From positions 6,572,001 to 6,636,000 of the forward strand of contig JAQFVV010000004.1 in NCBI GenBank assembly GCA_028023455.1: a DNA stretch of 64,000 nt, given 5' to 3'. This document shows positions 40,996 through 53,167 of this stretch, piece after piece. This DNA is from Epiperipatus broadwayi. Taxonomy: Eukaryota > Animalia > Onychophora. The first letter of the stretch is position 1; the number at the start of each line of letters is the position of its first letter. The position numbers were made by a program, and so were the translations under genes. A model generated the notes under the pieces. The model did no database searches. It saw only the letters and a list, made by a program, of their open reading frames with translations, and was not told the origin of the DNA.

Positions 40996-41185
40996 ATATT
41001 GGATGAGTAGGCATTAGATAGGGATTTTATGCACAAGCCTTCTGGCATCCATTGATTACTCTGATTGGCACAGGGTGGCACTACTGTATGGAGAGAGTTT
41101 TGCCTTGTTTAATAACAATTATGTGCTAGTATGAGATAGTGATCACGTGATGTTTAGTGATTTACTTCAATTGAACTAAATAGAT

Positions 41186-41581
41186 CAGGGTCCCCAACCC
41201 TATACCCCTGGGCACCATGGCGCCCGCAGGCCCTTTTACGTGTGCCTGCTGCTATCCGAACATGATAAAAAATTATTTATCTGATACAAATAAATTTAAT
41301 TTTTAAAATTTCTTATAAATTATTGTATTATATTGTAATCAAATTGTAGGGCATACTATACTTTTACAGCGAAAAATATAAACGTCAATTATATATTAAA
41401 ATTTTATTTTTGAAATAAATATTTTTTTGTACATTATGTGTATTATTAACAATATCCAACTATAAATTTACTTTGAAAAAATAAACAGTGCTCGCCACCT
41501 GGTTGAAAAAATAAATGGTGCCCGCCACCTAGCCGGTATTATAGAATGTGCTCTTAAGTATAAAAGGATTGGGGATCCCTG
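41186..41581. mobile_element. Non-autonomous hAT (Charlie/SPIN-like) MITE
   Basis: CAGGG(A)TCCCCAA terminal inverted repeats; perfect 8-bp TSD AAATAGAT with central TA. Confidence 0.92.
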
Positions 41582-42419
41582 AAATAGATAATCAAATAAA
41601 TAACGTTAAGAATTTGGGACAATGTAACATTTTTTTAAAAACAATAAATTAGATACTAATCACTATGCATATTTTGAACATAAATAAATACATCTTTAAA
41701 CAAGTTATCAATATAACAATGATAGTAATAGCATATAAAAATTTATTCCACTATTTTAGAGTAATGGATTTTATTTCAAACATAAACATACAATCTGATT
41801 ATTTTAACTGCCTATCATTAGTTTCACTTTTCTCCACCATTAATATTCGTTGTTTTCTCTTATCTATAGGTACTCTCATTATTATTTTAATAGTTAAATT
41901 TCTTCATTATTCAAATCTTCTCTAACAAAATGTCTTTTAACTCATTTCTAGTTTCAATAACTTGTCTCTGAATCACAATAAAATATCAACTTCTGATTTA
42001 CATTTACAAACCAATCAGAGAAACGTGCAGTTAGAGTCCTACAAATATATATTATCTCTGATTACATTTTTCAATTATTAAATAAAGATTTTGAAACTAT
42101 CTTTAATTAAATATAATAAAATTTGTTTGCATTGAAGTGTATATGAAAGAAGTTATTATAAGCAATATATATAAAATTATATATTTCCAGGTAATTATAT
42201 GCTATTTAACTTTTACTGATTTTTTTTTTTTCAATTTCTGTCATAGGTTTCAAAACTTAAATTTGCTTTTCTTACTCATACTTTTATATTATATATATTT
42301 AAAAACAAAAACAAATTAATAAATGATTGAAATACTTAATAACATTCTTTCTTAATTTTTATACCTTCCCCCCCTCCAAAAAAGAACACCACCAACAACA
42401 CAATAATAACAACAATACA

Positions 42420-44130
42420 ATGGTAAATTTATAGGAAATATCAATAATAAAACAAAATAAAACATCACAAGATCACCATTTCTTATACTTACACAAGCAT
42501 GTGTGGAGGGGGGCAGATTCTGGTCTCTCTTCTGAATTTTTTAAATTTTATCTATATATAAATCAAGCGGAGGATCCAGGACATGATTAAAGGTGAGCCA
42601 GCAATGAGTAAACCATAGCGAAAATATGAATGTTGATGCACATATTTCTGGGACTGATCCATATAGTATGTTGTCAATGAGTGTTGATAATATATTGTCT
42701 TTTAGCATCGGGACTATAAGGTCTCTGTATGATTGAAGGGATGGCAGTGGCAGAGGAGATGTAGTAAAGTTTCTTCCTGAGACATAGAAAACAATTGGAA
42801 TCAATGCTTGAGAAACCTCGGGGGTGTTCTAGGAAATGTTTGGTAGGCAAGGCATAAATGTTAATTTTCAACAAGAAGTCAAAGAATCTACACTTAAGGA
42901 ACTATCGCTTAAATTTCTTGATTATCAGATGGTTGTTGAGCTGAAGAAGGGTTGATCCTGCAGAAACATCAGGGTATACCCAGACATTAATTTTTGTAAA
43001 GGATGGCTTATAAGAAATAGCAGTGAATTTAGAGATATGGATATGAGAGTTGTCAGCCAGCTGGTGCTAACAGGGAAAGGCTTGATTGTGGGAGATATAT
43101 CTTTAAAGGGCAAAGAGTTAGGATACTATAGGAACATTCTGTGGACAGTGTTATAGGAGTGTTAAAATATAAAAATATCTATGGAGTGTAGTGTCAGCCC
43201 ATCGAGCTTTGTGTGTTTCTGTAGGCATCTCAAGCTAATGGTTGCACTTTTCACCCCTCTAATCAGATTATGCACAGCTTATGTACTTTCCAGATGAAGA
43301 CTTTAGAGAAGTTGATCACTGAAGTGAAATAGGATATTTTAGGAAATATTAGTATATTGACGGGGGAGGACTTGGCAAACATGGACATATATACTTTGGA
43401 AAGGAAGAATGTAATTTTCTGTGTAGATTGAATTAGCTTATCTGGGACAGATCTCCTCATAACTATAGTGGATTCAAATATAGGGAAACCTAAGAATGTC
43501 TGTGGTTGTGCTGTAAATGAGCCAGGAATGTTCTTACCAGAAGGTAATCACCAGACAGATGACTTGGCCATATTAAATTGGAGGCTGGATTGATCGGAAA
43601 ACTCCTCAAGCACTGATAGAAGCCTTGGAATTAGCTTTTTTGATGGAAGAAAAATGGTCAAGTTGTCCATGTAAGTAATGTGGTGGATTGATGTATTTAA
43701 TGCTGGGATATGGATGCCAGGAAAAGATCTTCCAATTTGAAGGAGCAATGGATTGAGGTAGGTGATGAAGAACAGTGCATTGAGAGGGGAGCCCTGTGGG
43801 ATGGAATAGGTAGTGGAGAAGGGAGAAAAGTTTCCCATTCATTGAGATACATGCTTCACGATTGCATAGGAGGTTCTTAATGATATTAATGATTACAGAG
43901 AAAATGTCATGCTCACCAAGCAGGATTAAAAGGGTGACTATTTGGATAGAATCAAAAGCAGCAGAGATGTCAACTAAACTACCACCGGCCTCAATTGCCT
44001 GGAGAATCTGATATGATCAATAACTGTTTAAAAATATTGATTGCATCCACAGTTGAATTGCCCTTTTTCACAAATTGGTATTGCAAAAAATGGGGGAGTA
44101 TTTTGGCTTGAATTTTGACAGAATATTTAA
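42420..44130 (-). mobile_element. Degenerate L1/Tx1-like LINE RT and C-terminal fragment
   Basis: IPQGSPLNALFF...ITYMDNLTIFLP...LQFNMAKS RT motifs in 43548-43838. Confidence 0.85.
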
Positions 44131-44780
44131 CCTTACTTATGAATGTTTGCCATATTTATATCTTTCATTTTAAAGTTTTAATTTTCCCCAGTTAGTGTTC
44201 TTTGAACATAATTTCTACTTCATGAATTCACTTAAATCTTCTATATTACCCTACCCAATTTTTTGTTAAACATTAAATATTTTCATATTTACTGGAAACT
44301 CTTGAAAAAAATGTTGATTTTGACATTAGAATGTGCATTAGAAAATGTAGTATTTTTTTAAAGCATTTACTAAACATATATCTTCAATTTGAAAACTTTT
44401 CTGGATATTTAAAAATTTCTAACTATTTAATTATCATCATTTTTTATATAAGAAACATTGTGACCAATTAAACTCAAATAACAAGGTTGCTAATTAATTG
44501 CATAAATCTATCTAAAATATTTAGCAATATTTAGCAAAGATAAGTACTTTAATTAAATGATTAGCAAAGATTAATCAAGAAAGACAATTCACTTTTTAAC
44601 TAACTTCTTAATTAAGAGCTGACTGCAACTGTTAACATCAAATGAATGTGGTTAAGTTAAACAAGGAAATATTAATGAATATTTCAAATTGTACTTTGCA
44701 TAAATTTAAATATTAATTAATGACTTTTACTTCATTTAAGATTTGAAATACCAGGCACTCTTAAACCTGGAGCATAATTG

Positions 44781-45220
44781 TAAATATAGGGGAGTTGAAC
44801 TCAAACTTTCAAGCCACTTCACTATCCAACTATTTCATACTACTACTAATCTATACATGAGGGGTCAGAGTGACTTCAGGTTAACATGGGTATGATGACA
44901 ATATTGAATCAGCATGGGATTTGGGAATTCTATCATCAGATTTTCAATGTTATGGATGGCTGAAGAACTAGAGGTTGGAGTAGGTTGAAGCCTGTCCATT
45001 AAAGTGTAAGGATTTGCTATCTTAATATAAACTGAGCATTGATTATATATATGTATGGGAGATGGTAATCTGAACCAACTGATGAATGGTGGTTTAGCAC
45101 AAAATACATATATTGGTGATTATTTATCTTTTCTGCCTGCGCGTGGACATGTGTATCAGCAGTATGAGATAGTGTGGATAGTGAAGTGGCTTGAAAGTCT
45201 GAGTTCAAATCCTCTTACAC
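44781..45220. mobile_element. HHR family A composite insertion A6
   Basis: Short antisense arm 44781-44845 followed by a long sense arm; older and more diverged. Confidence 0.82.
45075..45116 (+). ncRNA. Hammerhead motif, family A (G12>A)
   Basis: CCAA-CTGATGA-atggtggtttagcac-AAAA-TACATAT-A-TTGG. Confidence 0.65.
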
Positions 45221-46540
45221 TTATGATCATTTAAGTAATTGCCAAAAGCTATACTAATTGAATGAAAGAATAAATACAGTAAGTTCATATGTTCACAATG
45301 TTCACTTATACATATTTATATAAAAAATAGTATATTTGGTAAATCATTATATAAAAAAATTATAATATTAGAATATAAATAATAATACCCAATCCATATT
45401 ATTTTCATGTGAAAAGTATACATTTATCTCCATTTTCAATATTTAGTTTTTTTTATTAATGAATACAAAAATCTAGAAAATTAAATGCATGTTCTAATGA
45501 TACTATGAAGCAAAATGGGTAAAAACTTATATTACTTAATTTATGTAAAGTGAATAGCAAAAATAAAATATTTACATAAACCACATGATACACTTTAATA
45601 CAACTAAAACCCTTTTTATAACATTATTTGGAATTAAAAAAATATTAACAGAGAACTATATACAATAATATAATTAATATTCATGCAAGACGAAGTAAAA
45701 GATAACTCACTAATATTCTTTATGATAAAATATTTTTTCATGCATTTATAAATTAACAACAATATTTATCATTACTATTTCTTCTTATAGTTTCAATTAT
45801 CTAGTAGTCTTTTTCAAAGCTGTGTTTGACAGATATATTTTACATAAGTTATAATATATATATACACATATGAATATTCTGTAAATGCACACATAAATAT
45901 ATATAAATATTTTCAGTCTGTTATTTAAATGCAGAATAAGAAAAGTGTAGACTTCCTCCCCAATTAAACAAGTAAAATATCTAAATTTGCTAAAATGCAG
46001 GCAATGGTAAAACTAAAAACAAAATGTAATATTAATTGGCTGAGTGCTTTCGAGAAATTTTATCTTTTCATAATCATAGCACGCTTTTCTCTCTCTCCAA
46101 AATGTGGACTTTCTAATCTGCTTTGCATATATTTAAATATTTGTTACATACATTTTCTATCATGCTTACACAACCCACATTATGATTATGAGAAGATAAA
46201 ACTTCTCAAAAGCACTCAGTCACTTAATATTACAATTTGTACTTAGTTTGTGTTTTAGCACCTTTTGACATATTATTTAAATACAGATGTATTATATGTT
46301 TTTAAGTGCATATACCCATATTTGTATCTCACTCTGGTGGATATATCTAGTCATTCATAAAAGCAATACATTAGCAGAATATCGCTAATTTGATTTATTT
46401 ATAAATGAATAACTAATGGTTATAAATCAATAATTAAATAATATTTATTATATCAGGGAAAAAAATAAAAGAAAGTGATCTTTTTTTTTTTATTAAGGAA
46501 AATACGCATACAATTACAGTATAAATCTTTTTGGTATACA

Positions 46541-46641
46541 TTTTTTCTCTCATGTGTCATAGCATCGGCTGGGAAGCGAACCCACTAACCTGGGACAACT
46601 GCTTGTAAGGCTGCTGTGTTGACCTCTCGACCACCAACACT
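46541..46641 (-). mobile_element. tRNA-Gly-derived SINE (TAC at the anticodon position)
   Basis: Same family as 32604-32712. Confidence 0.88.
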
Positions 46642-47330
46642 TATTACAACAATCATCAGTAAATAATTTTTCAAATTAGAAAATATACCCATTTGATACA
46701 TTAGTTACAATTATTATGACAAATTAATTTCATGATCAGAGGGAGAAGCTCAGCGTTCAAACTTAGTCTGTAATTATTATGTAACTAGTTTTATATCAGA
46801 ACAACTGGCTCTTCATTTAGTGACTTAGTCGATGATCATGATCATTATGCAGTTTGTATTTTGATTGGCAGCAATCCTTTATTATTTTCCATCTGACTGG
46901 ACCATTTATTTTTTAACCTTGAATTAATATTTAATTAGCATGCCTGAGGATAGACTCTTCATCCAGTGGTCTAAGTTGTCCCCAAGTGTCCACGAAGAGC
47001 GATCTTTATTTCATGATTTGACTTCTGAAGAAATTTGTTTGGCATTCTTTATAGAACGCCCCAACACAATTATCTCATCCATTTTTATTTATAAATAAAG
47101 CACATATTAATTAATGCTATTTATAACTGAACACGTACAATTATGAACTAGACAAATTGGATTTAAAAAATGGATTAAGTCGGTCATGAAACAAGTATTT
47201 CAACATAGTAGAAAATAAGAATATTTTAATAAAATGAATTCCAAAGTGTTAAGCTGGACCATATAAATAAAATTTTATTATTTAAAATTTTTTGTCTGAT
47301 TCGTGGAGTTAAAAGTATGTGAATATAGAG

Positions 47331-47485
47331 AAGCACGAAACCATGGTCAGGGGTTGGGGGTTTCCTGACAGAGATATTCTAAGTGCTGGCTCTGGCTAAG
47401 CATTTATCACAAAGCTTGTTGAGGAATTGGCAATCCTCACTGTTTATAATTTACAAGCTTAAGAGATAGGGTCATGTGATCTATA
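47331..47485 (+). mobile_element. HHR family C copy C2 (starts inside the HHR)
   Basis: GCAC-GAAA-CCATGGT-C-AGGGG is the 3' half of an HHR with palindrome ACCATGGT; body matches 48570-48690. Confidence 0.8.
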
Positions 47486-48399
47486 ACTTTTATTTTGACT
47501 ATGTACTTAAGAAATGTTTATAAAAAAGTTGTATTTTTTAAAATTAACTGTTTTTTTTCATGAAAATGAATAAAAAATAAAATGTAAACTTTTTAAATTA
47601 TATTATTAGCTTTATATGTTTTTCACCTTAAAAAAAGATGTAATAATTTATACTATTTGGGGTGACAGAAAAAAAACTACAATTTTTCAAGTTCTAAAAG
47701 TATGTCAAATTATATTTTATAACACCTCTCACTTTTTTTTTAAAAATAAAAATAAAATTAGAATTAAATAATTTGAACTTTTTAAAATAAATTCATAATA
47801 TTACAATTCCATTAACTTTGTTTATTACTATTTTGTTGACATTTTGATGAACTTTTCATAAAATTCTTAACATTTTTGATAAAATGTAAAACATTTATAA
47901 ATAAAGATGTCTAACAAAAATTTATTTTCAACCATTGATTTTTTTTTTATACTATCACAAAAAACAGTTATGTAATATTTTTTAATTAAATATTATACAG
48001 AATACTACTAATTAAATTAAAATTTCTGTAATGTTTTCCTTAATTGAAAGCACTAGAATAAATAATTAACTGATTTTCTATCAAATATATTATTAATACA
48101 TTACTTAATGGAGAGATAATCATAATTCTTAAGAGACATTCTACAAATTCAGGAAAATGGTTTAGATTAAACTAAATTTAAAAGGTGTAACAAACACTAA
48201 TGAAGTACAGTATTATAAAAGAAAGAAAAAAAGTAAAAATGTCATGTATTATGCAATAAAATAATCCAAAAAGTATTTTTACTTAATATTAAAAATAATT
48301 TGTTAAAAATAATGGAAGCGATATATTGCAGTAAGAACTTTGATGAAAACTACAAAAAATGCTGAAAAAGTCAACTAAATAATTATATAAAAAAATAGT

Positions 48400-48690
48400 C
48401 ATAGATCATATGATCCCATTTGAGTTGGATAGCTGGGTTTGAAGACATGTAGGTGTCTGAAAATCAATTTTCCACTCAATAGATAACTTTTAGATAAATG
48501 CTGGCTTTGGGTTGGTATTTTTAAATCTAGTGTCTGAATCCATCCTAGCACCTCTCTGAGGAGTGCCAAAGCATGAAACCATTGGTCAGAGGTTGGGAGA
48601 GGGAGTTTCCTGAAAGAAATATTTTAAATGCTTTCTCTGGCTAAACATTTATCACAAAGCTTGTTGAGCAATTAGCATTGCTCATTGTTT
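48400..48690 (+). mobile_element. HHR family C copy C3
   Basis: Paralog of C2; 48400-48417 is an inverted match to the C2 3' end. Confidence 0.75.
48551..48592 (+). ncRNA. Hammerhead motif, family C (near canonical)
   Basis: CCTCT-CTGAGGA-GTGC(caaa)GCAT-GAAA-CCATTGGT-C-AGAGG. Confidence 0.87.
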
Positions 48691-48789
48691 AAATAATTAT
48701 ATAATTAAAAGGTTAAAAAAACTTTAAAAAGACTTCTAAAATTTTAATAATTTTAAATATACTAATTTAAATTTTCATCATTTTCTTAT

Positions 48790-49530
48790 TTCATCATCAT
48801 TTTTAACCATTATGGATCTAGTGTAGGATTAAGGTCTATCCAAGTTTAATCTGATTTCTCTAATCTTTATCCCTGCTTCTCCACATCACAATAGTAAACT
48901 TTATTTCAGGCATCCATATCACATTAATATATTTCTAGGTCTTTCAAATCTCAATACTTCGACTGTCCATCCATTACCATCTCTTTTAGTAATATGTCCA
49001 GCTCATCTCTATTCCTGTCTCAATTCTTTCAATGATCTCAATAATACAAATTCCTTTCTTCATCCATGTGCTTTATTTTCAATCCTTTTGTGTTACTTCT
49101 AACATACACAATTTCATTGAATGGTCTAAAATCTCCGTATTGCTTTTTTGCTATATCTCAGATCCATAAGTAAAACACTTACCTTAAAACTTTCCTTTTC
49201 AAATACATAGGCATATTTCTTTTCAATAGTTATTTTTACCAAAAGCATTCTATACAAATATAACTTTATGACTAATTTCATCCAGTGTTTCCATTTGCAT
49301 TTATAATCTAGTCAAAGTAGTTCTGCTTTTTAACTTCTTCTAATTCATCATTATCAATCTTTATTGTTTTCTTCTGAAAAAATCAATTGAATATTATTTT
49401 AGTCTTTTTAGAATTTATCTTTAGTCCTTCCTGCATTTTTACTTTCATTTGATAACTCTTGTAACATTTCCTGAAACTCTGAAGCATTATTTGCAATAGT
49501 GACCACATCATCTGTAACAATCTAGATGAT
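48790..49530 (-). mobile_element. Degenerate RTE-clade LINE 3' portion
   Basis: TDDVVTIANNASEFQEMLQEL RT remnant and TGA-rich tail. Confidence 0.75.
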
Positions 49531-49649
49531 TTAAATAATCATTTCATATTTACTTATAGTAAAATTATTTACTAAGAAAAATATATTGGATTTTTACTTT
49601 TAGTAACTATTTTAAGAAACAAGTTGAAAACTTTATATCTTCTTACTTT

Positions 49650-49861
49650 AGTAAACAGGCAAAAACTCTCCATATAGTAGTGCCACCTTGTGCTAACCAG
49701 AGTAATCAAGGGATGCCAGAAGGCTTGTGCATAAAATCCCTATCTAGTGCCTACTCATCCAATACCCCTAGACTAGTTTCTGGCTTGTGGCCTTCATCAG
49801 TGAGGAGAGTTTTTGCCTGTTTACTAACAGTTATGTGCTAGCATGAGATGGTGATCATGTG
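49650..49861. mobile_element. HHR family B composite insertion B3
   Basis: Antisense arm ending at HHR stem I, GGAG microhomology, then sense 3' end; TSD ATCTTCTTA(C/T)TTT (49637-49649 and 49862-49874). Confidence 0.88.
49766..49805 (-). ncRNA. Hammerhead motif, family B
   Basis: Reverse complement reads CCTCA-CTGATGA-aGGC(cacaa)GCCa-GAAA-CTAGT-C-TAGGG. Confidence 0.78.
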
Positions 49862-51543
49862 ATCTTCTTATTTTCTAAAGTAATGGTAGTATCAAAGAGA
49901 TGAATTTATTTAAAAATATAATCATTAAGCTTTTGAAATGTTTCTCAAGGAATATCCATGTAGAATATACACACAATAGGCCTTTAAATAGAACAAACAC
50001 CTCCTTGACATTTCTCCAAAAAGAAATAGAAAAAAAGAATACTTCACCAGTTTGCCAATTATTGGATATAGAAAATTTTATATTTTTGTTTATGCTCTAT
50101 TTAAAAACATCTAGATATCTATTTACTAATCAATAATTAAACGATTATTTATTTGGCTATTGATCAGATATCATAAAAAAATCCTAAACCTACTTGGACA
50201 CCAAATTATGGGAGACAGATGAACTAACCACTATGCTATAAAAAAGGGAACAATAATTTTTTTAATTAGAATATCAAAAGTGATTTTATGTTTTTAGACT
50301 ATAACATAATTTAAGTGATGTTTGAATGCTTTGTGATGTTTAACAATTATATAAATTTGAAAATACCTATTACTAAGGTTTTTATCAATCGTAAAATTCT
50401 GACAGTAACTTTTTATATAATTATAATCCCTTGATCTAACTTATATATGATAAAAGTTTTTTTTATCGTTATATATTTTTCTTCTTACAAATTGTATCCT
50501 TTATTTATTACTGAATATGCAATATACAACAGGAGATTACCAAACCAATACTTATTTAATATTTTCTTTGCATTTGAAGCATAACATGCAAAATATCATA
50601 AGCAAGATTTTATTATCTCTGGATATACATTATAACAAAGAAGCAAATAATTTTATATCTTGACATGTTTAAAATTGAATATTTTTAACTATGTAAAATG
50701 TATAGAAATGAATCAAAATTGCTTATTTTTTCTTATAACAATAATTCCCAATTTGGTATGTGTACTCATGGAACTGAACAAGCACAACTAGAAATATATT
50801 AAAAAAATTGAATCCCAGTGGAAAACAAACTTATGTCAACACAGTAGGATGAAAGTTACTTCTAACACAAATTATTGTCTTCGTTTAACAAAACTTTCCA
50901 ATTTCTAGATATTAAAGTAATTAATTGCTTTATTATTCTCAATCATAGTCTTCAAATTTGAGATGCAATTTACATTTTTCAATTTCTGTCATTGATTGTT
51001 TATAATAATAAAGATGCATAATAATACTGTTAATAAAAAAAATATTCATTAATATTTTCACACTAGGGGCTCTAGTAGTAACATTGATAAAACTATTAGT
51101 GACATTGATAACATTATTAATGGCAATACAAAATTAGCTTTAAATTTTGGCAAATGAAAATAAAATAACACTTAAAAGGCAGAACTTTTTAAAAAATTAT
51201 TTACATGTAACCAAATACCAAACACTAACAATTGTATTATATTTTGGAATCAACATTATTTGCAATGCACACTGAAAAATCAAAATACAGAATATGGATT
51301 AATAAACTGTTGGAAATCTCAAAATCTGTTTAAATCTGCAATTTCCAAATCCTGATTTTTAAAAATGGCAAATGGAATGTAAACTATATACTAATTTGTA
51401 AGATCAAGCAATGTTTCAAATATTTACCATTAATAACTTCTAATACAATACAATTATTTCAGTTTGTTTTTTGACATGCTTAGAATAAACCTGTAAAATG
51501 TGTTTCAATGTATGCTGAAATTTACAAAGGTTGCCAATCTTTC

Positions 51544-51568
51544 CTTTTTTTTTCTTTCATATGTCATA
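51544..51568 (-). mobile_element. 25-nt SINE tail micro-insertion
   Basis: TATGACATATG tail plus A-tail between copies of the 11-bp TSD GCCAATCTTTC (51533-51543 and 51569-51579). Confidence 0.7.
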
Positions 51569-53023
51569 GCCAATCTTTCTAATATAATATTTCTGATGTA
51601 ACTATTTTTGTGAAAATAGTTATTGTCATTTACATAATTATTTCCTAATTTATTTAATAACATTCTTTTTTCATAGCTCTTTATCTTAACTTGATTATTT
51701 TTTTAAAATTCTTTCTTATATGCCTTTCGTTCGTGTTTTTATTTTATTTATGATATTAGACTTTACAATAACTTTCAAATTAAATTCACTTAATTATAAT
51801 TTTATAGTAAATAAAAACTGTATTTTGTTTACACATTTAAATCAATAGTACATATCTTTTTTAATTATGTTAAATTTATTTGAAAAACAAATTTGCTATT
51901 CTCAAAAAGGCCAAAAAAAAAAAAAATGTTTTGTCATTAAGCAATCAGATAAATTTAAGGTATAAATTCATACTTCCTTAAGCTAATTATTTCACAGTAA
52001 AAAAAAAAATTACTGCTAAAATTCTTTTGAATCCTTAAATAGTTTTCTAAGTAACAACCCTTTCACTATTTCATTAACATACACATAAATATTCATCAGC
52101 ATTAATGACTACTCATAAATGAATAGTTATTCTAATTCTGAATAAAAAAAGGACAAAGAATAAACAGTTTTTTTGCATGCAAATCAACTACTAAATATGC
52201 CAATATAAACTATATGGTGGTCCCATTTATTTGACATCTTGTGTATCTTAACTTTTATTTCAGCAAACTTTGTTCTAAAAACATTCAATATTTTGTCTAA
52301 TTATAGCTATTTATTGTATTCAATCATGTCTGAAGAAAACAATTAATTGATCAAATCTTTTTTGTATCTGTGGCATCAATTGTATGTAATGTAAATAAAT
52401 CTACTTTTCCTGCAAAAGATGATCATAAGTAAGTTTGTTATTAAATATTCAGATCATATACTCAAATTGAAAGATGTTGTGCTCTTATAAAATAGATTCA
52501 CTATCATTACATCCAGAGTTGAAGAACTTCATGATTGATCAAACAAACTTGCCGTCATATTACAGAACATTATAGAGCATTCTTAAAAAAAAAACCCAGT
52601 AACTCTATAATTAAGTTAATAGGACATTTATACCATAAACATGAAAAAATAAAAACCTATATATGATTGATTTAGATGACATGGTTATATCTCTACATTT
52701 AAATATCCTATTTTCCAACTTATTAAATGCAGTAGCAGCATTTTGGAAATCTATTTAAAAAATTATCATGGAATTTAAATTTGACTCATATTTTTATGCT
52801 GTGTTTATTGAATATTAATTACTAAACTAGAATCATTATTGGCTGCATTCAAACATTTAAATATATTTAAATTAATACACTGTACAGGCTTACGCACATC
52901 TGTAGATATATAATGTAATATGTAAGGGGTTCAAACTCAGACTTTCACCTGACCCTCAGCTCTCCATGCCATCTCATATTGCTGACCAACCTGATATACA
53001 CATGTTGAAAAGATAAATAATCA

Positions 53024-53065
53024 CCAATATATGTATTTCATGCTAAAACAGCAATCATCAGTTGG
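53024..53065 (-). ncRNA. Hammerhead motif, family A
   Basis: Reverse complement reads CCAA-CTGATGA-tTGCT(gtttt)AGCAt-GAAA-TACATAT-A-TTGG. Confidence 0.8.
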
Positions 53066-53125
53066 TCCAGATTACCATCTCCACACATATATACGATCAG
53101 TGCTCAGTGGAGATAGTAATCTGGA

Positions 53126-53167
53126 CCAACTGATGATTGCTGGTTTAGCATGAAATACATATATTGG
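53126..53167 (+). ncRNA. Hammerhead motif, family A
   Basis: CCAA-CTGATGA-tTGCT(ggttt)AGCAt-GAAA-TACATAT-A-TTGG. Confidence 0.8.

Larger units (their letters stand above)
40436..41161. mobile_element. HHR family B composite insertion B2 (about 1.05 monomer antisense plus about 0.5 monomer sense)
   Basis: ACAAGGCAAAACTCTCTCCATAC at 40441 and 40897 (456-bp period); inversion at 40920; 12-bp TSD TTACTTCAATTG (40424-40435 and 41162-41173). Confidence 0.92.

Noticed and set aside
42943-42980. CTGAAGA-AGG..CCT-GCA-GAAA-CATC inside the LINE
   Set aside because: Extra bases before GAAA, no stem III or stem I, and it lies antisense to RT coding remnant.
46940-46985. CTGAGGA-TAGAC..GTCTA-AGTTGTC
   Set aside because: A stem II-like pairing is present, but GAAA and stem I are missing.
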